Shown piece after piece: positions 52,693 to 64,000 of a DNA stretch of 64,000 nucleotides; position 1 is the first letter of the stretch, and the number at the start of each line of letters is the position of its first letter. Below the pieces are notes generated by a model, which worked only from the letters and a program-made list of their open reading frames with translations, had not been told where the DNA came from and did no database searches. The stretch is taken from assembly GCF_009914755.1 (NCBI RefSeq), contig NC_060928.1; one strand, 5' to 3'. A program made the translations under genes and the position numbers. The DNA comes from the human T2T-CHM13v2.0 reference genome, Homo sapiens.

Positions 52693-55599
52693 TGGACATT
52701 GGAACATATTTCCTTGTTGCCATCAGGCTCAGAATGACAGGCTCCCCTCAGTATAAGAGTTGTGGTAGTTGCTGTGGCGAATTACTGTAAAATTCAGTTA
52801 CTCAAATCACACTTTTAGAAATATATATATTTTTTAATTTTTTTGCACATCAGAGGTACAGTGATGTGGAAGTGAGTAAATGAAGAGTATTGAACATGTC
52901 TCCTTGAGCTCAGGATTTGTTGCATCCTGAGAGGAATGGATAACCTTATAAATTTGAGTCAACATTTCTTCTAATATGAGATACAGGGGAAGCAACAATA
53001 GTCCTGTCAGTATATTGCATCATAAACAAAGATGTTGTTTTTTCATCTGTAACTTCAGAAAAAAAAGGGACATCTGTTCTTGTATCTATAGTGAAGGATT
53101 AGAAAAGTAAATGCAAAAAAAATGCATATTCAATAATCTATCTAAAAATTAGGAAATATTATTGAAGATAAACAATAGGAGGATCATGAAAATGGTAATT
53201 TATAAACAAATTACCCCTATAGCTAACTTCATGAACTTGGAATTCTGAGCTGAAAGAGAGTCAGAGGATCATCTTATTAGTAATTTATAAAAATAATTCA
53301 AAATACATTTTTTCAACATCTACTTTCCTTAATCACAGGCAGACTGTAGGAAGAGTGAGGTCCTCTTCTCTATAAAAATAATTGTTCAACAGTTTTTCTC
53401 ATTTATACCTACCCATAGAAGGGCATTAAGTTCCCAGTACATTCAAAAATTGCCAACCATTTCACCAAGAGCCAGCGAAAACTGACATTATGTCCATCAG
53501 TAATAGGGTAAGGGGATAAAGCATTATGAAAACAAATGCCACGGAGCTTCAGCTATTGTGAAGCAAGCGCCTGGGGTGCCAACTCCTCCAGTAACTTTTG
53601 TCTTAGAACAAGAATTCTCCTTCTTCTGTGCTTAAGATACTGATATGACAATTTCTTTGTGGAAAACACCCCAAACGACCTTTGACTGATACCGAAAACA
53701 GAAAATTACAAATTTCTGGACAGCTAAAATTGGCAGATTCTGATAAAATTGCTAGATGTGGAAATAACTGGCAAAATGACAAGTAGAGTCAGTTTGATAT
53801 GACTGATAAGTTGATAATTATTTTGAAATGAACAGAGAAATAAGGTTCCATTCGAGAGCTGAAGTAAAAGTAGTTATGTTTTAGATAAGAATGTTTTTGT
53901 TTATAAACCCTCCAGCATCTGACCTGATTTGGTTTCTGGGTGAAAGACCTATATCAGGAAGAGATTTTTGCAAACCTAAGCCAGTAAAGTCTTCAATGAT
54001 ATGGTCAAAGCAAAAGGAGACTCAGAAGTTGTATGAGTTATAATTTAAACTATCATGCAACGATAGAAAAATTTTGGGTTCTTTTCAGGCTCAATGTTTT
54101 GGCATCTTATTGCACCCAGAATATCCTTGCACAACATAAATACCAGTCCTATCATGGAATGAGGGTTGGATTTTGAGCCACAAAAATAGGCAAGATCATA
54201 CCCTGGACAATAAAGCAGAAATATATTTATTGGGGAATAGTTATTATTTGGTGTAAACTGCTCTTTTGTTTTTATAGCCAATTTTTCAGTCCAAGGAAAT
54301 ATGTGATTACGGTCATGGACTTTATCAAAAACATGGCAATATTGCTTACAAAGCTCATTCTCTAACAATATGAAAAAGCCTCACGCCTCCCCATTTCAGT
54401 ACTCAATATAAATCCTCAAGAAAGTGGGTATTTTAGCTTGCGACAAAGCTGAATATATTAAAAAATATTTATGCAAAACTTATGTGACATACATTTCACT
54501 TTTCCATAGATACTATACGATGTTCTTCTGTATATCATTATTCTTCCATACATCCAAATCACGTATTAATCACAATATATTGCAACATCAAATGCTATAT
54601 CCAATTTTTTCTCTAAAGAAGAGGTTGGTGGAGAGAAGTGATATGTCAGAAATAACTATTCAGTAACTATTTCTGGAGCTATTTATTTATATATGTTCCA
54701 GATGCTGTTCTTGGAGCTCGATATAATTAGTGAGAAAACCAAAAAAGCATTCCTTCCCTTGTGGTGATAGAGGAATACTTGTGCTTGTGTATGTTGTTCT
54801 ATAGGCAAATATGGAATATATGTGTACAAGGACATCTGTATGTATTTGTATGTAAACAAACTCAATATGCAAACATCAGTAAGACGTTTTCATGATGTAA
54901 TACAACTCAGACTGAAAAAAGAGAGAAAACAAATACTGTATTTTTGATGAAAGAATATTGAACTAAATAAAAGTCTTTTTTCACATTGTAATTAAACTGA
55001 CAAGTCAGTCATAGACGTGCTTTTCACAGAAAGATGTAAAATATTACTGTAGGGAATACAATTCTAATTTATATTTAATCATTCTTCTCCTCTTTGTTTG
55101 TATTAAGGAGTATCCTGCCATTTTACATTTTCTGTGTTATGTATGAAATATTAGCAAAGCAATGGAATTCAGGTAGGCACTGTGTTTTTAATTTAGTTTA
55201 AAATAGTGATGAGATCAGAAATAATAACAATAAAAAACAGTGTATTAGCTGGAACTGCCTTCAGCGAAAGCATTTTTCTTCTTTAAACAGATGATGAACA
55301 GACCATCTTTAATAGATAAAAGATATGGAGAGATAGAGAACTCCATGGAGAAAATACTCACCACTGTTTCTGTTCCCTTTACTTCTTATGTCACATAAAA
55401 CTACCTGGAGTATCAGATATATCTCATACATAATTTAAAGCAATTTCCTGAAGGATGTATAAGGCAAATGCTCTCTCCAATCCTCCCCCTTATAAAATGT
55501 TAAATGGATTCTGCTTGTATGGATTTGATTATTTATTTTTTCTTCTTTTGGGGGGATGGGAGAGGTGGGCGTATATGCAGGACAGCTTAGAATAATTTG

Positions 55600-57300
55600 C
55601 ACCAAGATATAAAACCTATTTATAGATGATATTAAAGAAGCACCCTAGCAATGAACTAGGGATCTCCTGCATGAATGGTGTCAACTTGAATGTGTGCTTT
55701 TGGAGAAAAGAACTTCACTAGGGAATTTAATACAATGAAGCACAGAACAACATTGCTATAGATAAGAAAAACTTTCCAGGATGATAATGTCACAAAACAG
55801 ATTAGCATTATTGCAACATGAAGCAATGTATATTTTTAAACAATAGAAGATTTGACAAAACAAAATTGTTTAAAAATCAGAATTAGAAACTCTGAAGTGA
55901 TATAAATAAAAAGAAAACATTATTTCAGAAATGAAGACCAAACTAAAAGAAAAATAAATATTAATAGGCATACATGTGTCTTAAGAGAAGTAGAAGGTAA
56001 AAAGGAAAAAGAAATGAGGACAAAGATTGACTGGACAAAGGAATAAGATATTAATATCAATATGATTAAATATTAATGTGATCAGTATGATTAAAATTAA
56101 AATCAATAGCATAAAATAAATAAGGATAAAAATCTATATCCATAGAATACATGCCAAGTTTAGAAGTTCAGCAAAAATGATAAAACACATTTATAATTAG
56201 AGTCTCTAAAGAACAAAGCAAAATGAAGTCAGTAAAAACAGGTTCTAAAAGGATTTGAAAATTCATTTTGAAATATCTTCTGAGATTATTGACTCAGAAA
56301 AATTAACACCAAGATAAATTCAAGTATAATTATTAGATTTTAAAGGGGAGGGGGAGAGAGAGAAGAGAGAAACGTTACTTAAATATTCAGTAAAAAATCA
56401 AATCACTTATGAGAGGAAAAACAAACAAACAGCAACGAATAATACAAGATTAAATATTTCAAGAATAATGCATTATGCTGGAATAAATATAATATTTTAT
56501 ATTAAATGGATTTTAATGTGGTTAATATTACCAAATAGCTACTACTTTAACTTTGTGTCAGCTAAGAACCTAAATCGTAAGCTATACGAAATTATCTATA
56601 AGAAATGAATCTATAAGAAATCAGCTATCAGAAATGAAAATGTGAACCAAGCATTTTATTAGGCCAAACTGACTTTCAAAGCATGTAAGCTTCAGACCAT
56701 TTGGGAGCAATGTCTAGTAGAGATTAGAGAAACAATTCACCCTGTTGGACACTGACAAAAAAAAAAAACAACTTATTGTGAGCAGTCAGTATAAATTTGC
56801 ACTTAGTACCAAAACTAAACGAGGGCTATAAAAGAGAAGAACTGTCATGTAAAGATAAGGCTCTGATAAGTAGATAATACAACTACTTAAAACAGGGTGA
56901 AATGGGAAGTGTGTATGAAAAAATGCTTCATTTCTTTTTGTAATCATAATAGTAGTAGTAAATATAATGTTGAATGAGAATAGTGTACTTAAAAAGTAGG
57001 TTCAAGCCGGTGAATAATTAATTATGTGAAATTTTAATTCTAATATCCATGTGTCCTTGAAAATGAGACTCTTTGGTGTACAGAAAGAGATGTAGAAGTA
57101 TCTGGGGCAGAAGTTTCAGGTCTGAGCCTCTTGTCAGACCACACAGCAAGAAAACTATCAAAAATCACAACTGTATCAAAAAGTATCTGAAACCAATGTG
57201 AAGAGGCCTGCTAAAAGTTTGGAAACAAATTACGTCTCTATCTTATAACTCTTCAGCTTGAGCTTAAGCAGTCAAGGAGAAAAATGTTGGAAAATTAAGT
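55600..57300 (+). mobile_element. Ancient L1/HAL1-like ORF1-region remnants
   Basis: A-rich with aaaatgtgaaccaagcattttattaggccaaactgactttcaa and ttattagattttaaag motifs; very degraded. Confidence 0.45.
56490..56597 (+). repeat. Copy 1 of a 108-bp local direct duplication
   Basis: Aligns without gaps to 58019-58126 with 11 mismatches by manual count. Confidence 0.93.
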
Positions 57301-57639
57301 TAGGGTAGCCAGCCTACAGAGTCTGTTATAGTTGGTCAGGAAAGATACAGAACACAAACATTAATAAAGACTCACATTTTAGAAAAAATTTTTAATTTTT
57401 GTTTCATAATACAATTTAGAGAAGCTAACAGATTTCTTCTCAATATCGTCTTCTTCTTGTATGACCAAGAGGGATATAAAAAATATTTAACCATCAATGG
57501 ATTAGAGACTCAAAACCATCAGGAAGGAAACAAACTGTAATTGTCAGGTAGTGCCACACAGGGGCTGACTGGCTCAGTGTCACACAAAGCTAAAACCTTA
57601 GAAGACAAAAGGCTGGAGAAATTAATTCATTTATATCAA

Positions 57640-57860
57640 GTAATACATAATTTTGTGAGCCACGTATTCTGCCCATGACACTGTGATAATCATTTGAAAT
57701 ATATCACCTCTAACCTAACAATCAATCTTATAACATAAATAGTATCTTTCTGATGCTACACCCAAGGGAGGAAACCAAGAGTCAGAGAGTTGAAATAATT
57801 TACCCAAAGCAGAAAGACAGCTATCAATTCAGATTTGACTGCCTCTGAGGTCTACATGTA
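57640..57860 (-). mobile_element. MIR SINE
   Basis: gaggaaaccaagagtcagagagttgaaataatttacccaaag core. Confidence 0.65.
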
Positions 57861-58018
57861 TTTCACTATAAAATACAATATCCCAAATATCGTTAACTTG
57901 AATGAAACCATTTAATTTATTAAGAGTTGATAAAGATATCCTGGTTTCTTTTTTTTTTAGTATAAGTTATAACTTGCTAACCTTTCCCCTTTTTGGGTAT
58001 TTAAATGATATTTTTTCT

Positions 58019-58126
58019 TAATATTTTATATTGAATGGATTTTATTGTGGTTAATATTACCAAATAGTTACTAGTTTAGCTTTGCGTCAGCTAGGAACCT
58101 AATTTGTAAGCTACATGAAATTATCT
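58019..58126 (+). repeat. Copy 2 (probable donor) of the 108-bp local direct duplication
   Basis: See 56490-56597. Confidence 0.93.
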
Positions 58127-58379
58127 CTCTCTGGAAGTAAAACGGTAAGAATATTAGCAGTGGATTGTAACTATGCCTTTCAAACTTGTCTGAAGACAAA
58201 CTTGTCTTCCAAGTGCAATCATTCTTACCAGCAACCCCTTCCTGCTCCTTCCTTACCCCTCCTTCCCATATGTAGAAGACAATCTCCTCTTCTCAAGGTG
58301 CATCTCTGCCCATCCAAAAGTATCAAGATCTGCCGCCTGAATGGTTTAAATATTCATCTTATAGTTAACAGATGTATGT

Positions 58380-58497
58380 TATTCACCTTTACTTAGCATG
58401 GTGCCTGGTACATAAAAGGTGATCAATAGGTGCTTATGGAAGGAAGGGAGGAAGGGAGGGAGGAAGGAAGGGAGGGAGGGAGGGAGGGAGGGAGGGA
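58380..58497 (+). repeat. L2 3' tip with (GGAA/GGGA)n tail
   Basis: cttagcatggtgcctggtacataaaaggtgatcaata followed by a purine tetranucleotide repeat at 58438-58497. Confidence 0.75.
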
Positions 58498-59857
58498 CGG
58501 AAGAACGGACAAGAGAAGATTCTCATACACAACATAGAACTCAACAGTCTTTTTGAAAGATCATTCTTCTGACTGAAAAGTATGAGTGGTGAAATTTGGT
58601 AGTATGACTGAATGCAGAGCTGGCTAATATATGTCACATACCTTTAGTGTGCATGAGAAGTGGGTAATTGTGGGTGAATTCCTTTTCCTTTGTAGTGGGA
58701 TTCCTCAAGGAGAGGTCTTAGTTAAGATTCTATGCTGTCTTTGTGTTGATGAGAATTATTGTGATTATTTTATGTTTCTCTCAGTTTACTATATCCTCCT
58801 TGTCAATTCTGATGAAGAAAAAAAGAGATTTTTAAAAACAAATTCCTGTGGAAGTTGAGCAATTACTTTTTTTTTTTTTTTTTGCCGTTTTTGGCAGGGG
58901 AAGAAGAGAAAATGTTATTTTAAGGCATTTCAGTTTGATGGCAATTTACTAATTGTAGAAATTACTCTTTTCTTTTTATTTTTAATAAATTCTAAAACCA
59001 ATATCTGTGAAAACAGTGGTATCATTATTTTCTCCTTACTTCAAATTGGCCATGGACAGCAGAAATAAAGGGGAAATCCTGTGTACCAATTCCTAAGAGG
59101 TAATAAATAAACCACAACCACCAAACATGGAAAAAAAAAAGAAATTATCTCACTTTGATTATAGAAGAAAGGTTTCTAAAAAATGAATTTAGTTCATTCA
59201 CATAACTGCTAGAACAACTAGAAATTTAAGCTTGGGACTACACAAAGAAGAACAATACATCCAAATTTGCACCATGATTAGTCATGTGCAGACATGGTTT
59301 GCCACTGGTAACAGGATGTTAAATATTGTAACTGGCATGGTCAGTTCTACGCTACAGGACACCAGTGCTGTAGCTGATGCCCAAGAAACTACTCTTCAGA
59401 CAGAGTACCTTCAGTCACAGTGTGTGTGCTTGATCAGATTCCCACTTTAATTCTGGGGTCCATGTAGTTCAGTGACACAGCGTGGGTCATGTGCTTGTGT
59501 CTTTGCTACAAGGGACACTGGAAAGTAAGTTCTGTTGCTTCAACTTCTCCAGTAGTGGGTATACCTTGCTATCCAGCAGGACTTACATGATGGGGGGAGC
59601 CCAAAATGCCAAAAAAGATTCAGGTACTTTGCGACTAAAACAAGGAATAATCACCACCATAGCCGTGGTTTCCACATAGTAAATAACAATGACCTTCCTA
59701 ATGTTTCTACTTTTTTTTCTTTAATTAGTTTATTGTGGGTAACTATAATTAAATTGGTTTTAAAATAATTTGTTAGTTCCTTGCTTTTATCTTGTGTTTG
59801 TAGAAAGATATACTTTGTAAGCAAATAAAATATTTCTTCCTTTCAATTTGTAGAATA

Positions 59858-59882
59858 TTTTCTTCCTTTCTTTCTTTCTTTT

Positions 59883-59926
<44 letters not shown>

Positions 59927-60041
59927 TCCTTCTTTCTTTCTTTCTTTCTTTCTCTTTCTTCCTTTCTTCCTTTCTTTCTTTTTCTTTCTTCCTTTCTTCC
60001 TTTCTTTCTTTCCTTTCTTCCTTTCTTTCTTTCTTTCTTTT
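59858..60041 (+). repeat. (CTTT)n/(CTTC)n pure polypyrimidine tract, about 180 bp
   Basis: Seen directly. Confidence 0.95.
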
Positions 60042-60339
60042 GTTTGCTGTAGGGCCAGAGTATTTAACTGCAAAGGAATGTTAATCTCACAAATACAGTA
60101 TGAGTAGCAGGAAACTGAGTGCTGTTTCCCCTCATAAACTCTAGGAGATTAATTCTATGTCCGCTGTAGGATGTTCTCGTCTTTTCATATCTTGCAAAGC
60201 AATTTCAAGTAGAAGGGGCCACTGTGCTAATGAGATTATTTTGTATTTATAAGAAATAGCAAGTGATGAGCTACAATTGCCTTAGATATAATGCACATCT
60301 TATTCAACTTAATTTATAAAAATAAAACTACTTCATATT

Positions 60340-60550
60340 TACAAAGCACCTTTGATCTAGAGAGATCAAAATGTTTTAAGGCTTTCATCTCATGAACTTC
60401 TATAACACTCTTTAAGTTAGGCAGGCAGTAATTATGACTTTTTCATCTTACAGTAGAAGAGTATGAAATACAGAAAAGGTAAGTATAAGAGCTTGTTTTA
60501 ACCCTCAGTAAATATCAGTTTAGGGTGAGGGTAGAGGCAAGATCATCTCA
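60340..60550 (-). mobile_element. MIR fragment
   Basis: catcttacagtagaagagtatgaaatacagaaaaggtaagt core. Confidence 0.5.
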
Positions 60551-60927
60551 CTGCCATTGGCCTTTCTCTAATTGAAATGATTTTGAAGAGGGATATTTCC
60601 TCACATTAACAAATAAAATAAAATCCAGAGACATGTATTGAACTTATATTAGCTAATTTTCAATAATATGATACTGATGCATAGCTGATGCAAAATAACT
60701 CCTTGCTGGGTGTATAATTTAATGAATAGATAAATATTAAGGAGAACACCATTTTCTAGTACTGGGACATACTTAAATCATGAGAAATATAATTGCTGAG
60801 AAGAAAATCACCTTCTTCTTTCAAAATATAAGAGCTAAAAACAGGAATGCACATTATCTTCTGGCATTCTGATTTAGAAGTGGTTGAAGCTGAGGTACCA
60901 AACTCAAATGTCTGGATGGAGTAGGAG

Positions 60928-61077
60928 TTTTTTTTTTGTCTACATTTTTATATTATACTTTAAGTTCTGGGATACATGTGCAGAACGTGCAGTTTTGTTA
61001 CATAGGTATACATGTGCCATGGTAGTGTGCTGTACCCATCAACCCGTCACCTACGTTACGTATTTCTTCTAATGCTA
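60928..61077 (-). mobile_element. L1PA7-like extreme 3' end
   Basis: attatactttaagttctgggatacatgtgcagaacgtgcag...cccatcaacccgtca. Confidence 0.88.
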
Positions 61078-62835
61078 GTTTAATCCATGTTTGAAATACC
61101 AATTAACACAGCACCCACAGCCTGTGATATGAAAAAGCAAAACAACAATTTAGTTACTGCTTTTTTTTAATGTAAGACAAATAACTGGTGAAACAGAAAT
61201 TTTTATGGACTACAAGTTTGTCATTTTTTTTCTCCAGGGTTCAGTCCATTGCCATATGGATACTAAGATGCCACCAAATGATGTATATGATTATTGTAGC
61301 AATTCTGTGTTCATGTTCTTTCTGTTGTAGAAAGAACATCTGTATTTTATTTGTCCCATGCTACAAAACTATATTTTCTCCTACACATACGGACTTTAAA
61401 AATATTTTCTAAAATAATTTTTTGAAAGCCCAACACATGACTAAGGGATAAGGTTTACTGTAATCATTGTCTTATGATTTAATTGCAATGTATAATTTTA
61501 AATGGTTCTGAATAGCTTGCTTTACTTTATAGTGCTACAGTATATCAAGATGCATCTCTATTCTTGAAACCAAATTCAACTTATTTATTGTCATTATTAG
61601 AATAACAGATCTTCTTATAGGGTACTTTTAGCTGATATGTACTTGGATATGAAATAGAACTAATGACTTCAGGCTAATACAGATCCAAATTAAAAAAATA
61701 ATTATAGCACTGGTAAACCTTTTTCAAAGAGGCATTTTGGATTTAATAGAGACATGTTGCATTTCATCTAACATTAGTTCTGCTTTCTATGCCATGGCTC
61801 ACGTGCCATCAAATAGGAAGATGGCAAACGGGCAGACAGAAAGAGAGAGGAGGGAGGAGGAATGGAAAAATCATAAAATGGATAATTAACCCTTGAATTA
61901 ATCCAAAATTGACAGCTGTGAATAAATGATAGTGCCTTGTTACAGTCAGAGACACTCAACACTTCAAGAGTTCAATAAATAATTTAGGTGCTTTTTTTGC
62001 ATAATGTTTCAGTAATAACTCTTCAAGCACACTGCAGGTGGTATTTGATGTAAGTAAAATATTCATATCTACTCAGGTGTAACTTAATAATTGCACATAC
62101 TTTAACACTGCAATTAGGAAAGAAGCAATTCAGCTTCTACACTTAAAAGATTCTAATTCTGCCACCAGACACAGTATGTATCTCTGATTTTCTCACTTTG
62201 AGAGAACTTTTTCACTTATTTAAACTGTAGTATTGGCATTCTTCCCACTAGAAAGTCAAGGGGAAATTCATAAAGAATGTAATTTACTGTAATCAAAATT
62301 GCACAAAGACAGAAAATGAGAAAAAAAGAGAATGAATGAAAATGTGACATTGTGCTCATACATTTTAAATGCCAACAGTATTAAAATCATACATTATAAT
62401 CATTGTATACTCTATTACATGTGTTTTTGGATGCAGAAAACAGTGGTTTATGAAGAATTTTCAAGCTGAGGAACCATTTCTATTTAATTTTTTACATCAA
62501 GCAAGTTGAGGAAGTTAAGGGACAAGAACTTCTTACCTCCTTATATCCGCCTTCCAAGTGACTCAGCTGTAGTACATTAGCAACATGGAAAAAGACTGAA
62601 TTTTAAAACAAAATAGGATTAAATTGAATTTTATTGATGCATTATATGGGATTGATTATAGAAAATGAATAGGCACATTTTAGGGTAATAATTTGGGGAT
62701 ACTGATGGAGTATGCTCTTCTCACTCCAGGCTCTTCTTTCAGATTTTTAGAGATGTACCTTTCAGAGAACTCTCAAAATTAACCAGACCAGTCAAAAGCC
62801 AAATAATTGGTTTCTAAGTTCGAACAAAACAACCG

Positions 62836-63176
<341 letters not shown>

Positions 63177-63294
63177 TTAAAATGAAATATAAATTGCAGA
63201 ATGTTTTTGCTTCACCTCTTTCATGACTTCAACCTGCCCCCACCCCCAACTAAACAAAACAAAGCAAACAAACAAACAAAAAGAATGGCAAGTT

Positions 63295-63745
63295 ACTGTG
63301 GCACTATTCACAATAGCAAAGACTTGGAACCAACCCAAATGTCCAACAATGATAGACTGGATTAAGAAAATGTGGCACATATACACCATGGAATACTATG
63401 TGGCCATAAAAAATGATGAGTGCATGTCCTTTGTAGGGACATGGATGAAATTGGAAATCATCATTCTCAGTAAACTATCGCAAGGACAAAAAACCAAACA
63501 CCATGTTCTCACTCATAGGTGGGAATTGAACAATGAGAACACATGGACACAGGAAGGGGAACATCACACTCTGGGGACTGTTGTGGGGTGGGGGGAGGGG
63601 GGAGGGATAGCATAAGGAGATATACCTAATGCTAAATGACGAGTTAATGGGTGCAGCACACCAGCATGGCACATGTATACATATGTAACTAACCTGCACG
63701 TTGTGCACAAGTACCCTAAAATTTAAAGTATAATAATAATAAAAT

Positions 63746-63774
<29 letters not shown>
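63295..63774 (+). mobile_element. Young L1PA2/3 3' end (about 480 bp)
   Basis: catcacactctggggactg, ctaaatgacgag and ccagcatgg diagnostics; poly-A; TSD aagaatggcaagtt (63281-63294, 63775-63788). Confidence 0.95.
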
Positions 63775-63776
<2 letters not shown>

Positions 63777-64000
63777 GAATGGCAAGTTCTCATGGGCAGG
63801 GAGACTAGCAACACTTTAACATTAAGTGGAATAGGAAAGCAAGCATCCATGAATTATTGAGTTGTTAGGGGAGGCAATATACGCTCACAGCTTGTCCTGA
63901 TTCTCATGTAGCATTTAGTAGAATGCAGAAGAACAGCTGACTTCATGAGGAGAATGTAATAATAATTTATTTTGTTATTTTATATTATTTTATTTTATTC

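Noticed and set aside
59843-60073. Lys/Glu/Arg-rich ORF
   Set aside because: Translation of the (GAAA)n repeat
63223-63708. 130-aa and 77-aa ORFs and a G-quadruplex-like G-run
   Set aside because: These are the L1PA ORF2 C-terminus and the standard L1 3' UTR G-tract

Overview
This is AT-rich, repeat-dense primate (human-like) genomic DNA, as shown by AluJ/S/Y, L1PA, THE1/MST/MLT, LTR10, MER and Tigger elements. I can support no intact protein-coding gene, RNA gene or CRISPR array; nearly all ORF-track entries come from repeats or low-complexity sequence. The only gene-derived feature I can name is a + strand processed pseudogene of MTHFD2 (about 6284-8570), which lacks the mitochondrial leader and carries stops and frameshifts. 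The most unusual structure lies inside it: a 92-bp inverted copy (6665-6756) of its own downstream segment (7097-7188), identical at 90 of 92 positions, with 16-bp junction repeats. This looks like a templated-insertion scar and would fold into a long hairpin if transcribed. A similar scar occurs as a 108-bp direct duplication (56490-56597 and 58019-58126), and a perfect 15-bp-arm palindrome sits in an LTR (44174-44219). An LTR10-family solo LTR carries a p53-type double half-site. Repeat family calls come from recalled consensus sequences, not a database search, so subfamilies and old-element boundaries are approximate. I see no evidence for a new multi-gene system.
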